64,000 bases of DNA from Clostridia bacterium (GCA_045123995.1 JBGVKY010000026.1:7428-71427); one strand, 5' to 3'; positions 38,380 through 48,776 are shown, counted from the first letter of the stretch. Numbers and translations are program-made. Notes: a model not told the origin generated them from the sequence alone.

Positions 38380-39450
38380 ATGCAATTTACACAGAAATCA
38401 AAAGAACATATAGATTCATGCCGTTTTTGCTGGATGTGCCACCATGTGTGTCCTATAGGCAATGCAACAGGCTTGGAAAGAAACACAGCAAGAGCAAGAG
38501 CGCTTGGTCTTTCTCTTGTAGCACGTGATGCTGTTGAATATTCCAATGATATTATAAATAATGTTTACGAATGTTCACTTTGTGGCGGTTGTATGACAGA
38601 CTGTGTTACAGGCTGGAACCCCGTTATGTTTACAAGGGAAGCAAGACTTGGAGCAGCCCTTGACGGAAAACTTCCCGACTATGTAATGACAATGATTCAG
38701 AATTTGAATGAAAAAGGCAATATCTATGGTGCAGACAAAAACGAAAATATCCCTGAAATCAATGGCGGAGATATACTTTTCTTCACAGGCGAAGATGTAA
38801 GAGCAAAGGGATGTGCGAAAACTGCAGTTGAACTTTTGAAAAAAGCAGGTGTTGATTTCACTCTCTTGAAGGATGAGCCTAACAGTGGATATTCAATGGA
38901 TTTCCTTATAGGTGCAGCGGCAGAAACTAAGGAAGTCATGGAAAACTGTGCAAAGACCCTTAATAATTACAAAAAGGTTATATGCTATGACCCCGCCGAC
39001 GCAAAGGTAATGATGCGTGAATATAAGGAGTGGGGAATCGAACTTAAATGTGAGGTTGTTACATTTACAGCCTTTTTAGCAGCACTTATCAAAGACGGCA
39101 AGCTCAACCTCAAGAAGCAGAAACTTAACTTCACACCTCAGGACAGTCCTCTTCTCGCAAGAGACCTTAATGAAACAGAGCCCGTTCGTGAAATTCTTTC
39201 TGCTTGCGGTGAGGTTAATGAAATGCTTCTTAACCGCCAGCACACAATGCTTGCAGGTAACCTCATAATGAATGAGTATATGCCCAATGTTATAAAAATG
39301 GTTGCAGAAAACAGATGGATAAACGCAAAAAACGCAAATGCAGAAATTCTCGTTACATCTTCTCCTGCAGAATATATGATGCTCAACAGCACAAAGCCCG
39401 AAGATATCGAGCTTATTACAATTGAGGAGGCTGTACTTAAATGCTTGTAA
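38380..39450 (+). CDS. GlcF/GlpC/HdrD-like Fe-S protein with degenerate CCG domains
   Basis: CRFCWMCHHVCP and CSLCGGCMTDC at the N-terminus; CCG positions present but without cysteines. Confidence 0.8.
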   Translation: MQFTQKSKEHIDSCRFCWMCHHVCPIGNATGLERNTARARALGLSLVARDAVEYSNDIINNVYECSLCGGCMTDCVTGWNPVMFTREARLGAALDGKLPDYVMTMIQNLNEKGNIYGADKNENIPEINGGDILFFTGEDVRAKGCAKTAVELLKKAGVDFTLLKDEPNSGYSMDFLIGAAAETKEVMENCAKTLNNYKKVICYDPADAKVMMREYKEWGIELKCEVVTFTAFLAALIKDGKLNLKKQKLNFTPQDSPLLARDLNETEPVREILSACGEVNEMLLNRQHTMLAGNLIMNEYMPNVIKMVAENRWINAKNANAEILVTSSPAEYMMLNSTKPEDIELITIEEAVLKCL

Positions 39451-40280
39451 GTTTAAAAGAAATCATTGATATAGCTGAAAAAGGCAATTTTGCAATTCCT
39501 GCTTTCAATGTTTATAACACAGAAACCATTATGGGAATCGTAAAAGCTGCAGAAGAATTAAGAGCTCCTGTGATTATTCAGGTATATCCCAGACTTCTTA
39601 ATGAAGAAGTGGGTTATTACCTTTGTCCTGCCGTAGTTGCAGCAGCAAGAAAAGCAACAGTTCCTGTTTGCTTCCACTTAGATCACGGCCCCTCGGAATT
39701 GGAGGTCCAGAAAGCCCTTCGTTGGGGGGTAACAGGCATAATGTATGACGGCTCTGTTCATCCTCTTGAAGAAAATATCGAAAATACGAAGCATATTGTT
39801 GATATTTGCGGAGCTATTGATGTTTCTGTAGAGGGTGAGCTTGGCCATGTGGGAAGTGTAAATGATGATGCAATGGAAGAATACACCGATCCCGAAGAGG
39901 CGGCAGAATTTGTAAAAAGAACTAACGTTACATGTCTTGCTGTTTTGATTGGTAATGCACACGGACACTACAAAAAAACTCCCAAGATTGATATAGAAAG
40001 AATCAAGGCTATAAGAGAAGCTACAGGAGGAATTCCTCTGGTGCTTCACGGCGGTTCTGGAATTCCCGATGACCAGGTAAAAGCGGCAATTAAGGCCGGA
40101 ATAAGAAAAATGAACATCGGAACAGATGTGTGCTGTGCCTTTGCGGAGGGAACAAAGGAGACTTTGGATGACCCTAACAGAAGTCTTGCAATCGACCTAT
40201 TTATGAAACATCCCATCGAAACGGTTAAAAAACTTGCTATAGAGAAAATAAGACTGGTTGAAGCAGACGGAAAGGCATAA
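39441..40280 (+). CDS. Class II ketose-bisphosphate aldolase
   Basis: PAFNV, HLDHG, VEGELG, GNAHG, LVLHGGSG. Confidence 0.92.
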   Translation: MLVSLKEIIDIAEKGNFAIPAFNVYNTETIMGIVKAAEELRAPVIIQVYPRLLNEEVGYYLCPAVVAAARKATVPVCFHLDHGPSELEVQKALRWGVTGIMYDGSVHPLEENIENTKHIVDICGAIDVSVEGELGHVGSVNDDAMEEYTDPEEAAEFVKRTNVTCLAVLIGNAHGHYKKTPKIDIERIKAIREATGGIPLVLHGGSGIPDDQVKAAIKAGIRKMNIGTDVCCAFAEGTKETLDDPNRSLAIDLFMKHPIETVKKLAIEKIRLVEADGKA

Positions 40281-40283
40281 GTT

Positions 40284-41195
40284 ATGGCTAAAATAGTTGG
40301 AATAGGAGCAAATGTATTTGATACACTTTATTCGGTAGATAAATATCCGGAGGAAGATACAAAAAACTCTGCAAATGCTGTAAAAGAGTGTGGCGGGGGC
40401 CCTTGTGCAACAGGCCTTGTTGCTGCATCAAAGCTTGGTGCTGATACTGCGTTTATCGGAAACTATACAAACGATAGCGCAGGAGAGTTTTTGATAAAGG
40501 ATTTTCAGAAATACGGTGTAAATACATCTTATATGATGCTTAAACCGGGATACAGTTCCTTTCGTTCTGTTTTATGGCTTGCAAAAGAAACAGCATCCAG
40601 AACTTGTGTATATTACAGGGGCAATGTTCCGCCTACCGAAATAGATGAGGAATCGGCGAAAGCTATAGAGGATGCTGAGATTTTAATGGTCGACGGAAAT
40701 GATATGAATGCGGCCATAAAGGGTGCAAAGATTGCAAAGGAAAACGGCACAAAGGTTTTATATGATGCTGGCGGTTTATATAATGGTGTAGAAAATCTTC
40801 TTCCTTATGCGGATATTTTAATACCGTCAGAGGAATTTGCTCTGGGTTATACAAAAGCAAATACTGCAGAAGATGCTGCAAAAATACTTTTTGAAAAGTA
40901 TTCCCCTGAAATCGTAGTAATTACCCAAGGGAAAAAAGGCGGAATTATTTACGACGGAAAAATAGCACGAAGCTATCCGGTTTTTGATGTTGATGTGGTG
41001 GATTCAAACGGTTCAGGAGACGTTTTTCACGGAGCATTTGCATTTTTTGTAACAAAAGGTTATAATTATTATGATGCATGTGTAATTTCAAGTGCGGTTT
41101 CTGCACTTAAGTGCACGAAAATCGGGGCGAGACAAGGGGTACCTACCTTTGAAGAAACAATAAATTTTTTAAAGGAGCGTGGAGTAAATGTATAA
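40284..41195 (+). CDS. PfkB-family carbohydrate kinase
   Basis: GGGPCATG..AASKLG, VVDSNGSGDVFHGAF. Confidence 0.9.
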   Translation: MAKIVGIGANVFDTLYSVDKYPEEDTKNSANAVKECGGGPCATGLVAASKLGADTAFIGNYTNDSAGEFLIKDFQKYGVNTSYMMLKPGYSSFRSVLWLAKETASRTCVYYRGNVPPTEIDEESAKAIEDAEILMVDGNDMNAAIKGAKIAKENGTKVLYDAGGLYNGVENLLPYADILIPSEEFALGYTKANTAEDAAKILFEKYSPEIVVITQGKKGGIIYDGKIARSYPVFDVDVVDSNGSGDVFHGAFAFFVTKGYNYYDACVISSAVSALKCTKIGARQGVPTFEETINFLKERGVNV

Positions 41196-41973
41196 GAGAA
41201 ACTGGAATAAGAAATTTGGCAAGTCCGAAATTTTCACAAAGGAAGACAGTTTCTGTCAGAACGTTGAAATAGATATGGTTAAGCTTGCAGACGGACAGAC
41301 TAAAACATATACGGAAAGCGACAAAGAGTTCGGACTGCTTATTTTGGGTGGTAAGTGCACTGTTACAGGTAAGGATTTTAATTATGAAAATATCGGAGAG
41401 AGAGAAACTGTTTTTGACGGCAATGCAACTTGTGTATACGTTCCACGAAACACAGAGTTTACAATAACAGGAGTTGGCGAAGTTTCAATGGCAGTTACCA
41501 AGTGCCCGTCAAATAAAGACCACAAGCCTGTACTTATAAAGCCTGAGGATGTTATTGCTAAAGATTTGGGTAAACCCGGTTGGCAAAGACATGCAATGTT
41601 TGTTCTTGATGAAAGAGTTGAGGCAGACCAAATATATATTGGTGAGTGCTGGATAGAGGGCGGACAATGGTCAAGTTATCCTCCGCACAAGCATGATGAT
41701 GCTAATATGCCAACAGAAGCGGCAACAGAAGAAATCTACTACTATGAATTTGATAAACCTCAGGGCTTTGGCATTCAAAAGGTTTATACAATGGAAGGTG
41801 ACATTGACGAAACTTACACAGTTAAGTCAGGTGACTTTGTAGAAATACCGAGAGGATATCATCCATTCCATTCAGCACCGGGTTACAAAAACTATATGCT
41901 GTGGATAATGGCAGGACCTGTAAGAGGATTTTATATGACGACAGATGAGGAACATGCATGGCTGAACAAATAA
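41188..41973 (+). CDS. iolB: 5-deoxy-glucuronate isomerase (IolB family)
   Basis: WSSYPPHKHD, EEIYYY, GFGIQKVY, PRGYHP. Confidence 0.88.
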   Translation: MYKRNWNKKFGKSEIFTKEDSFCQNVEIDMVKLADGQTKTYTESDKEFGLLILGGKCTVTGKDFNYENIGERETVFDGNATCVYVPRNTEFTITGVGEVSMAVTKCPSNKDHKPVLIKPEDVIAKDLGKPGWQRHAMFVLDERVEADQIYIGECWIEGGQWSSYPPHKHDDANMPTEAATEEIYYYEFDKPQGFGIQKVYTMEGDIDETYTVKSGDFVEIPRGYHPFHSAPGYKNYMLWIMAGPVRGFYMTTDEEHAWLNK

Positions 41974-42815
41974 TAACTTTAAAGAACAGATTTTTAAAAG
42001 TTTCAATATCCTCCAAAGGAGCTGAACTTAAAAGCATTGAAAAAAACGGTAAAGAAAAACTCTGGCAGGGGGATCCTGCTTACTGGGCAGGGCAGGCACC
42101 CTTAATGTTTCCTATCTGCGGAGGACTTAAAGAAGATAAGTATATTCTTGACGGAAGGGAATACACTTTGGAAAAGCATGGTTATGCCAGGTTTTGCGAG
42201 TTTATAGTTGAGTGTGCAGAAAAAGAAAAGGCGGTATTTTTACTTTGTTCTGATGAAGAAAGCTTTAAAAAGTTTCCTTTTGACTATGAATTAAGGGTTA
42301 TATACACTCTTGATAATTCCACACTTAATGTTTCGTATGAGGTAAAAAATCTTTCTGACAGATGTATGTATTTTTCCATTGGAGCCCACGAAGGATATTC
42401 ATGCCCTGAGGGGATAGAAGAATACAGTGTTTTATTTGAAAAGGAAGAAGATCTGGAAAGCACAGTGTTAAACGGAAATCTTTTAGAGCACAGAACGATA
42501 AATCTTGGTAAAAACACCTTTGAACTGCCTCTAAAGTACGAGTACTTTGCGGTTGATGCACAGGTATTTCTCAATCTCAAATCTAAAAATGTAAAGCTAA
42601 GAAACAATGAAACAGGCGATGAAGTGGCACTTTCATTTTTTGATCATGAGTATTTTTTGCTTTGGACGAAACCTGGAGCAAAATACATATGTATGGAGCC
42701 CTGGAGCGGTCATCAGGACTTTATGGACAGTAATTATGATATTACTGAAAAACCGGGAATAATCAAGCTTCAGTCAAATGAAACCTGCTCAAAAAAGCAC
42801 AGTATGACATTTTAA
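41958..42815 (+). CDS. Aldose 1-epimerase family (LacX-like)
   Basis: GAELKS, WQGDP..APLMFPICG, KHGYAR, ICMEPW. Confidence 0.9.
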   Translation: MAEQIITLKNRFLKVSISSKGAELKSIEKNGKEKLWQGDPAYWAGQAPLMFPICGGLKEDKYILDGREYTLEKHGYARFCEFIVECAEKEKAVFLLCSDEESFKKFPFDYELRVIYTLDNSTLNVSYEVKNLSDRCMYFSIGAHEGYSCPEGIEEYSVLFEKEEDLESTVLNGNLLEHRTINLGKNTFELPLKYEYFAVDAQVFLNLKSKNVKLRNNETGDEVALSFFDHEYFLLWTKPGAKYICMEPWSGHQDFMDSNYDITEKPGIIKLQSNETCSKKHSMTF

Positions 42816-42850
42816 TAAATAATTTCCTAAAAAGAAAGGAAGCGTTTTTT

Positions 42851-43498
42851 GTGTTAGAGAACTTAAAAAAACTTAATCCTCTTATAAAGTTTTTCAGCAT
42901 AAGAGATAAAGAGTTTGAAAAGTACGGACGCATAATAGATTTTGACAGTCGGGAATTCGTGACTGCGTGCGAAGAACTTGATTTTCCGGAAAACGGAAGT
43001 GCCTATGAGCCTACCGTTAAAAAACTTGAGGAGCTTACCTCAAGCAAAAAACTTAGTGAGATGGCTTTTGGCGGATGTGATACCCAGATAGGAATTTGTC
43101 ACGGCTATAACACCCTGATGAACGGTCTGGAATTTCATAAAAGCAGTGAGATAAATATAGCGGCAAAACCCCTTGTACTTATTCTTGGTCTTACATATGA
43201 GATGGAGGGAAATGAATTTTCATCGGAAAAAATCAAAGCCTTTTACCTTGAAAAGGGTGATGCGGTTGAAGTTTACGGAACAAGTCTTCATTTTTGCCCC
43301 TGCCAGGTATCCGACGATGGTTTTTCATGTGTAGTGGTGCTTCCCAAGGGGACAAATACACTTTTGGATGAACCAAGTAAAGATAAGCTTCTTTTTAAGA
43401 AAAATAAATGGCTTATATGCCACGATAAAAATGAAGCTTTAATCGAAAAAGGGGTATATCCCGGAATTCACGGAGAAAATTACGAGATTAAATACTAA
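42851..43498 (+). CDS. DUF4867-family protein
   Basis: QIGICHGYN..GLEFHKSSEIN, EVYGTSLHFCPC, LPKGTN, NKWLICH. Confidence 0.8.
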   Translation: MLENLKKLNPLIKFFSIRDKEFEKYGRIIDFDSREFVTACEELDFPENGSAYEPTVKKLEELTSSKKLSEMAFGGCDTQIGICHGYNTLMNGLEFHKSSEINIAAKPLVLILGLTYEMEGNEFSSEKIKAFYLEKGDAVEVYGTSLHFCPCQVSDDGFSCVVVLPKGTNTLLDEPSKDKLLFKKNKWLICHDKNEALIEKGVYPGIHGENYEIKY

Positions 43499-43509
43499 GG
43501 AATGTTTTT

Positions 43510-44985
43510 ATGAGATATTTATTGGGTATTGATTTTGGAGGAGGGGCATCAAAAGCTACCCTTTTAAGGGAAGACGGTCATATTGAAGCCACTCATACAA
43601 CAGAATATAAAACATCATATCCGGCTCCGGGCTACGCGGAACAAAACCCAGATGACTGGTTTGATGCCACAGTGGAAAATATAAAAGGTGTAATAGAAAA
43701 AAGTCAAATATCACCTTGTGAAATTCTGGCAGTTTCTCTGGATGCAGCCACTCATACTGCGGTTATTATGGATGAGGATTTTAATGTAATCCGACCCTCT
43801 ATATACTGGACAGATACAAGAAGTACGAAAGAGGTGGAATTCCTTAAAGAAAATTATGCGGATTTAATTGAGAAAGAAGTTTTACATAAGCCTGATACTA
43901 TATGGAGCTTACCTGAGCTTTTGTGGATAAAGAATAACGAGCCTGATAATTGGGCGAGGGTAAAGAAAATTCTTTTTGCAAAGGATTATGTAAGACATCA
44001 GCTTACCGGTGACTATGTAACTGACTACATAGAGGCAGAGGGAAGCATGATGTTTGATATAAATAAAATGCAGTGGAGCGATACTCTTTGTGGCATTTTG
44101 GATATAAAACCTGATTTGTTGCCCGAAATAGTTAAACCCACAGATATCGTGGGAACTGTAACTAAAAAGGCGGCAAAACTCACAGGACTTTCAGAGGGAA
44201 CGAAAGTTCTTTGCGGAACAACTGATACTGTAATGGAAGTATTTGCCTCGGGTGCAGTTAAACAGGGGCAGATGACCTTAAAGCTTGCTACCGCAGGCAG
44301 AATCTGCGTTGTAACTAAAAAAGCATATCCAGATAAAAACCTTATCAACTATTCGCATATTATAGATGGATTATTCTATCCTGGAACGGCAACAAAATCA
44401 TGTGCTTCTTCTTTGAGATGGTTCAGAGATACCTTCGGAGAAGATTATAAAGAGCTTGACGATAAAGCATCCAAGGTTCCGGTGGGAGCCGAGGGTCTTG
44501 TGTTTCATCCCTATCTTAATGGAGAACTTACTCCTTATGCAAACCCCAATTTATGTGCTGATTTTGTGGGCATAAGAGCATCTCATACCAAAGCACATTT
44601 TGTAAGAGCCGTTCTTGAAGGAGTGGCAATGAGTATGTTGGACTGCAAGGAAGCGTTGGAGAATTTTAACATTCCTCACGATGACTCTGCCGCTATTATC
44701 GGAGGAGGAGGAAAAAGTCCCTTGTGGAGACAAATGATATCTGATGCTCTGGGAATCAGGCTTGTGGAAATGAAAAATGCAGATTCCTCCTTTGGAAGTG
44801 CTATGCTTGCGGGTGTAGCTACGGGAATTTTTGAAACACCCGAAAAAGCTGTGGAAATATGCAATGAAGTGGTTTCGGAAACCATGCCGGATATGGAGAA
44901 TAATTCAAAATACAGAGAATTATTCAAAAAATACAAGGCGATTCAGAAGGCTTTGGAACCCATCTATAACGGTGAAAATCTATGA
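43510..44985 (+). CDS. FGGY-family carbohydrate kinase (xylulokinase-like)
   Basis: LGIDFG, EQNPDDW, WTDTRS, KDYVR, PYLNGE, RAVLEG, GGGGKS. Confidence 0.9.
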   Translation: MRYLLGIDFGGGASKATLLREDGHIEATHTTEYKTSYPAPGYAEQNPDDWFDATVENIKGVIEKSQISPCEILAVSLDAATHTAVIMDEDFNVIRPSIYWTDTRSTKEVEFLKENYADLIEKEVLHKPDTIWSLPELLWIKNNEPDNWARVKKILFAKDYVRHQLTGDYVTDYIEAEGSMMFDINKMQWSDTLCGILDIKPDLLPEIVKPTDIVGTVTKKAAKLTGLSEGTKVLCGTTDTVMEVFASGAVKQGQMTLKLATAGRICVVTKKAYPDKNLINYSHIIDGLFYPGTATKSCASSLRWFRDTFGEDYKELDDKASKVPVGAEGLVFHPYLNGELTPYANPNLCADFVGIRASHTKAHFVRAVLEGVAMSMLDCKEALENFNIPHDDSAAIIGGGGKSPLWRQMISDALGIRLVEMKNADSSFGSAMLAGVATGIFETPEKAVEICNEVVSETMPDMENNSKYRELFKKYKAIQKALEPIYNGENL

Positions 44986-46334
44986 AGATTTTAGTTTGTG
45001 TGAAGGTTGTAAACGGGGAACTGAATCCTTTTGATGAATCTGCTCTGGAGTGTGCATTAAGACTCTCTTCTGATGTAACGGTAATAACTATGGGCCCTCT
45101 AAGCAATGAGAAAGTACTTAAGGGGCTGACAAGGCTGGGAACTAAGGTTATACTTGTAAGCGATAACTTATATGCAGGCTCCGATACGCTGGCTACATCA
45201 TACGTCTTGTCAACTGCTATAAAAAGAATGGATTATGACCTGATTTTATGCGGAAGACAAAGCATAGACGGAGATACAGCACAGGTTGGCCCCATGCTTT
45301 CGGAAAAACTAGGAATTTCTCTTATTACCAATGCAATGGACGTTAAAAGTCTGGAAGATTCAGTTGTTGTATCTACCAGAACGGAAACTAAAAAAGTAAA
45401 AACTCCTATTTTGATAACAATGGAGAGGTCTTTTGTTTTAAGATTTCCCAGTATTTTTTCGAAGCAGGGAGATGTTATGGTAATAAGTAATGAAACCTTA
45501 CTCTGCAATAAAGAAAAGTGCGGTCTTTCAGGTTCTCCAACAAGGGTTATTAAAACTTTTGAAAATGAGATCGGGAAAAGAAAATGCAAATTCATATCAA
45601 TGGAAGAAATTCCTTCGTTGATTGAGGAGCTTAAAAATAAGGAAAAGACAGAAGAAAAAAGTGAAACTCCCGGAACTAAGTTGAAAAAGGTTTGGGCGAT
45701 AGGACCCGAAGTGTTGGAAAAAGCGGAAAAGGTTGCCGAAGAAGTGATTTTGATAGACAAACTTTCTCCTGAAGAGATATTCGAAAAAGCCCTGAAAGAA
45801 AAGCCTGAAGTTATATTATGGAACGCCGACTTATGGGGCAGAAAAAATGCACCTCTGGTAGCATCAAAGCTTAATACAGGTCTTTGTGCAGACTGTACTG
45901 CTCTTGAAACCGATGGGGAAAATCTTATTATGGTAAGACCTGCCCGTGGTGGAAATGTAACCGCAAAGATACTCTGTAATACAAAGCCTGTTATGGCAAC
46001 CGTAAGAACGAAGGCAGCAAGTTCTGAAATTATAGTTTCAGGAGGTAGGGGTGTTGCAGATAAAACAGATAAACTTAAGGAGTTTGCAAAAACTCTTGGA
46101 GGAGAAGTGGGAGCATCTAGAGGCCTTGTTGACTTGAATAAAATACCTTACGAAGCCCAGATAGGTCTTACGGGAAAAACAGTAAGCCCCAAAATATATG
46201 TGGCCGTAGGCATATCCGGTGCGGTGCATCATACTTGCGCCATAGAGGGAAGCGATACGGTTATAGCTATAAACCCTGATAAAGATGCAAGAATTTTTGA
46301 ATATGCAGATTATGGAGTTTTATCTGAGTTTTAA
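44982..46334 (+). CDS. Fused electron-transfer flavoprotein beta-alpha
   Basis: beta motifs NPFDESALE, GSDTLATS, GRQSIDGDTAQVG, GLSGSPT; alpha motifs GLCADC, SGGRG, QIGLTGKTV, GISGAVHH, in one ORF. Confidence 0.88.
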   Translation: MKILVCVKVVNGELNPFDESALECALRLSSDVTVITMGPLSNEKVLKGLTRLGTKVILVSDNLYAGSDTLATSYVLSTAIKRMDYDLILCGRQSIDGDTAQVGPMLSEKLGISLITNAMDVKSLEDSVVVSTRTETKKVKTPILITMERSFVLRFPSIFSKQGDVMVISNETLLCNKEKCGLSGSPTRVIKTFENEIGKRKCKFISMEEIPSLIEELKNKEKTEEKSETPGTKLKKVWAIGPEVLEKAEKVAEEVILIDKLSPEEIFEKALKEKPEVILWNADLWGRKNAPLVASKLNTGLCADCTALETDGENLIMVRPARGGNVTAKILCNTKPVMATVRTKAASSEIIVSGGRGVADKTDKLKEFAKTLGGEVGASRGLVDLNKIPYEAQIGLTGKTVSPKIYVAVGISGAVHHTCAIEGSDTVIAINPDKDARIFEYADYGVLSEF

Positions 46335-46437
46335 TCATAAAAGCAGTTGAAAACAACTGCTTTTATTTTTGTTGCCTTTTTTATCTCTTTGTGTTATACT
46401 GAATTTATGAAATTTTATTAGCAAAGGAGAGAAAAAA

Positions 46438-47808
46438 ATGAAACAGCGAGAAAAATTTTCTTCAAGACTTGGTTTTATTCTGATTTCAGCGGGCTGTGCC
46501 ATAGGGCTTGGAAACGTTTATCGTTTCCCTATTATGGCTGGTTCCTATGGTGGCGCACTTTTTGTGCTTATCTATATAGGTTTCCTCTTGCTCATGGGAC
46601 TTCCTATAATGACAATGGAGCTTTCTGTTGGAAGAGGAAGTCAGAGAAGTATAGCATCTTCTTTTGACGTTCTTGAAAAGCCGGGACATAAGTGGCATTG
46701 GCTTAAATATATGGGTATTGCCGGAAATTATCTTTTGATGATGTTCTATACGACCATTTCAGGCTGGATGCTTATTTATTTCCTTAAATATGCTACAGGC
46801 TCGATTTTAGAGTATAAAACAGCAGAAGAGCTGGGCGGTGTTTTCGGAAACGTTGTATCTGATACGGGGCTTATGACAGTGGCTACTTTTGCAGTTATTT
46901 TCATTTGCTTTGCAATCTGCTCATTGGGACTCCAAAAGGGAGTTGAGAAAATCACCAAGGGAATGATGATACTTCTTTTTATTCTCATGATTGGTCTTGC
47001 AGTTTATGCATGCACGCTTTCAAATGCGGCGGAGGGACTTAAGTTCTATCTCATACCAACTCTTGACGGAGTGAAAGAACACGGACTCTGGACTGTTATT
47101 ACAGCTGCTATGGGACAGGCTTTCTTCACCTTAAGTATCGGAATTGGTTCAATCGCTATTTTCGGAAGCTATATAAGTAAAGAAAGAAGCCTTACAGGTG
47201 AAGCTTTAAGTATTCTTTCTTTGGATACTTTGGTTGCTTTAACATCGGGACTTATTATTTTCCCTGCATGCTTTACCTATAATAATGGTGTTACTGCGGA
47301 TGCTTCAACTGTTGGTGCCGGATTTCTTTTTACTACATTGTCAAGCATTTTCAATGCAATGCCCGGAGGAAGAGTAATCGGGGCACTGTTCTTTGTATTT
47401 ATGATTTTTGCGGCATTTTCAACAGTTATTGCGGTGTTTGAAAACATTATGTCCTTCTGGCTTGAACTTACAAACATGGGAAGAAAAAAAGTAGCAATTA
47501 TAAATATAATTTTGATTGCAGTTTTATCTTTGCCTTGTATTTTGGGATTTACCGTATGGTCTGATTTCTCCGTTGCAGGAAAAGGGATAATGGATCTTGA
47601 AGACTTTACAGTATCCAACATTCTTTTGCCCCTGGGAAGTCTTTTCTATGTGATTTTCTGCACAAGCCGTTACGGATGGGGTTGGGATAACTACTTTGCG
47701 GAAGTAAATGAGGGAAAAGGATTGAAGCTTGCAAAGCGTTTAAGACCTTATCTTTCTTACATTCTTCCTGTTGCATTATTTATAGTATTTCTGATATCAG
47801 TATTTTAA
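46438..47808 (+). CDS. Sodium-dependent transporter (NSS/SNF family)
   Basis: REKFSSRLGF..GCAIGLGNVYRFP, GQAFFTLS. Confidence 0.92.
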   Translation: MKQREKFSSRLGFILISAGCAIGLGNVYRFPIMAGSYGGALFVLIYIGFLLLMGLPIMTMELSVGRGSQRSIASSFDVLEKPGHKWHWLKYMGIAGNYLLMMFYTTISGWMLIYFLKYATGSILEYKTAEELGGVFGNVVSDTGLMTVATFAVIFICFAICSLGLQKGVEKITKGMMILLFILMIGLAVYACTLSNAAEGLKFYLIPTLDGVKEHGLWTVITAAMGQAFFTLSIGIGSIAIFGSYISKERSLTGEALSILSLDTLVALTSGLIIFPACFTYNNGVTADASTVGAGFLFTTLSSIFNAMPGGRVIGALFFVFMIFAAFSTVIAVFENIMSFWLELTNMGRKKVAIINIILIAVLSLPCILGFTVWSDFSVAGKGIMDLEDFTVSNILLPLGSLFYVIFCTSRYGWGWDNYFAEVNEGKGLKLAKRLRPYLSYILPVALFIVFLISVF

Positions 47809-47843
47809 TAAAAATCCGGACACGATAGTGTCCGGATTTTTTA
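47808..47843. terminator. Bidirectional terminator
   Basis: AAAAATCCGGACAC-GATA-GTGTCCGGATTTTT. Confidence 0.85.
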
Positions 47844-48776
47844 TTTTTCACAGAAAAAATCGATGAATTTATTGCAGGCATAGGAAAGATAGTGGTTGTT
47901 CTTTTTGCAGAAATAGATGTTTCTTTTAATTTCTTCATCAGAAAGGCGGTAATAGAAAAGTCTGTTTTCCGTCTGCATATTTTTAACAAGTGTATCGCTT
48001 ACAAAGGTTATGCCCATACCCATGGCAGATGTATTATATGCAGTAACCTGTTGGTCGAAGTAAAAAACAGTTTTGGGGGAGATGTTGTGCTTTTTGAAAA
48101 TCATGTTTGCACGCCTTCCTGTATCATTTTCCGGATTCAATAAAATGAAATGATAGTCACAAAATTCCGAAAGATTTACTGAGAAGTCTTCTTTTAAATG
48201 CTTTCCGTTTTTTATATCTTTGACATTAAGGCGAAAATCTTTTAGTTTGTCATTTATTTCAAATGACAAAGGAACAGCTAAAAGAAGCATTTCCTGATTA
48301 TATGTTATAGAACCTATGGACGGATTATCTATAACGGCGTTATCTATCATGATATCAAGAGTTCCTGATGTTAATTTTTCTATAAGATTTTTCGTGCTGT
48401 CTTCAAAAACCTCGAATTTAATGTAAGGATGTTTTTTGTTAAAATGAGATATAAGGGAAGGAAGCATGAATGAAGAAAAAAGACTGCTTCCTCCTATTCT
48501 TACAGTACCTGTCAAAAGGTGGGTGGTATCGTAGATATATCTTTCAAAATCCTTTTCCTTTTCCTGAATTTTAAGGGCATATCTCACATATTCTTTGCCT
48601 GCTTCGGTTAAGGATACAGGGGTTGTATAACGATTGAATATTGGCATCTGGATTTTATCCTCGATTCTCTTAACGGAGGCACTAAGTGAAGGTTGGGAAA
48701 TAAAAAGAGACTGTGCAGCTTTTGAAAAACTGCCCTCCTGCCATATTGCCAGAATGTAATGTTTGTTAGTAAACAT
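47841..48776 (-). CDS. LysR-family regulator, divergent from aspA
   Basis: GSFSKAAQSLFISQPSLS..LTEAG; ATG 48776 after GAGGTG. Confidence 0.92.
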   Translation of the reverse strand: MFTNKHYILAIWQEGSFSKAAQSLFISQPSLSASVKRIEDKIQMPIFNRYTTPVSLTEAGKEYVRYALKIQEKEKDFERYIYDTTHLLTGTVRIGGSSLFSSFMLPSLISHFNKKHPYIKFEVFEDSTKNLIEKLTSGTLDIMIDNAVIDNPSIGSITYNQEMLLLAVPLSFEINDKLKDFRLNVKDIKNGKHLKEDFSVNLSEFCDYHFILLNPENDTGRRANMIFKKHNISPKTVFYFDQQVTAYNTSAMGMGITFVSDTLVKNMQTENRLFYYRLSDEEIKRNIYFCKKNNHYLSYACNKFIDFFCEK

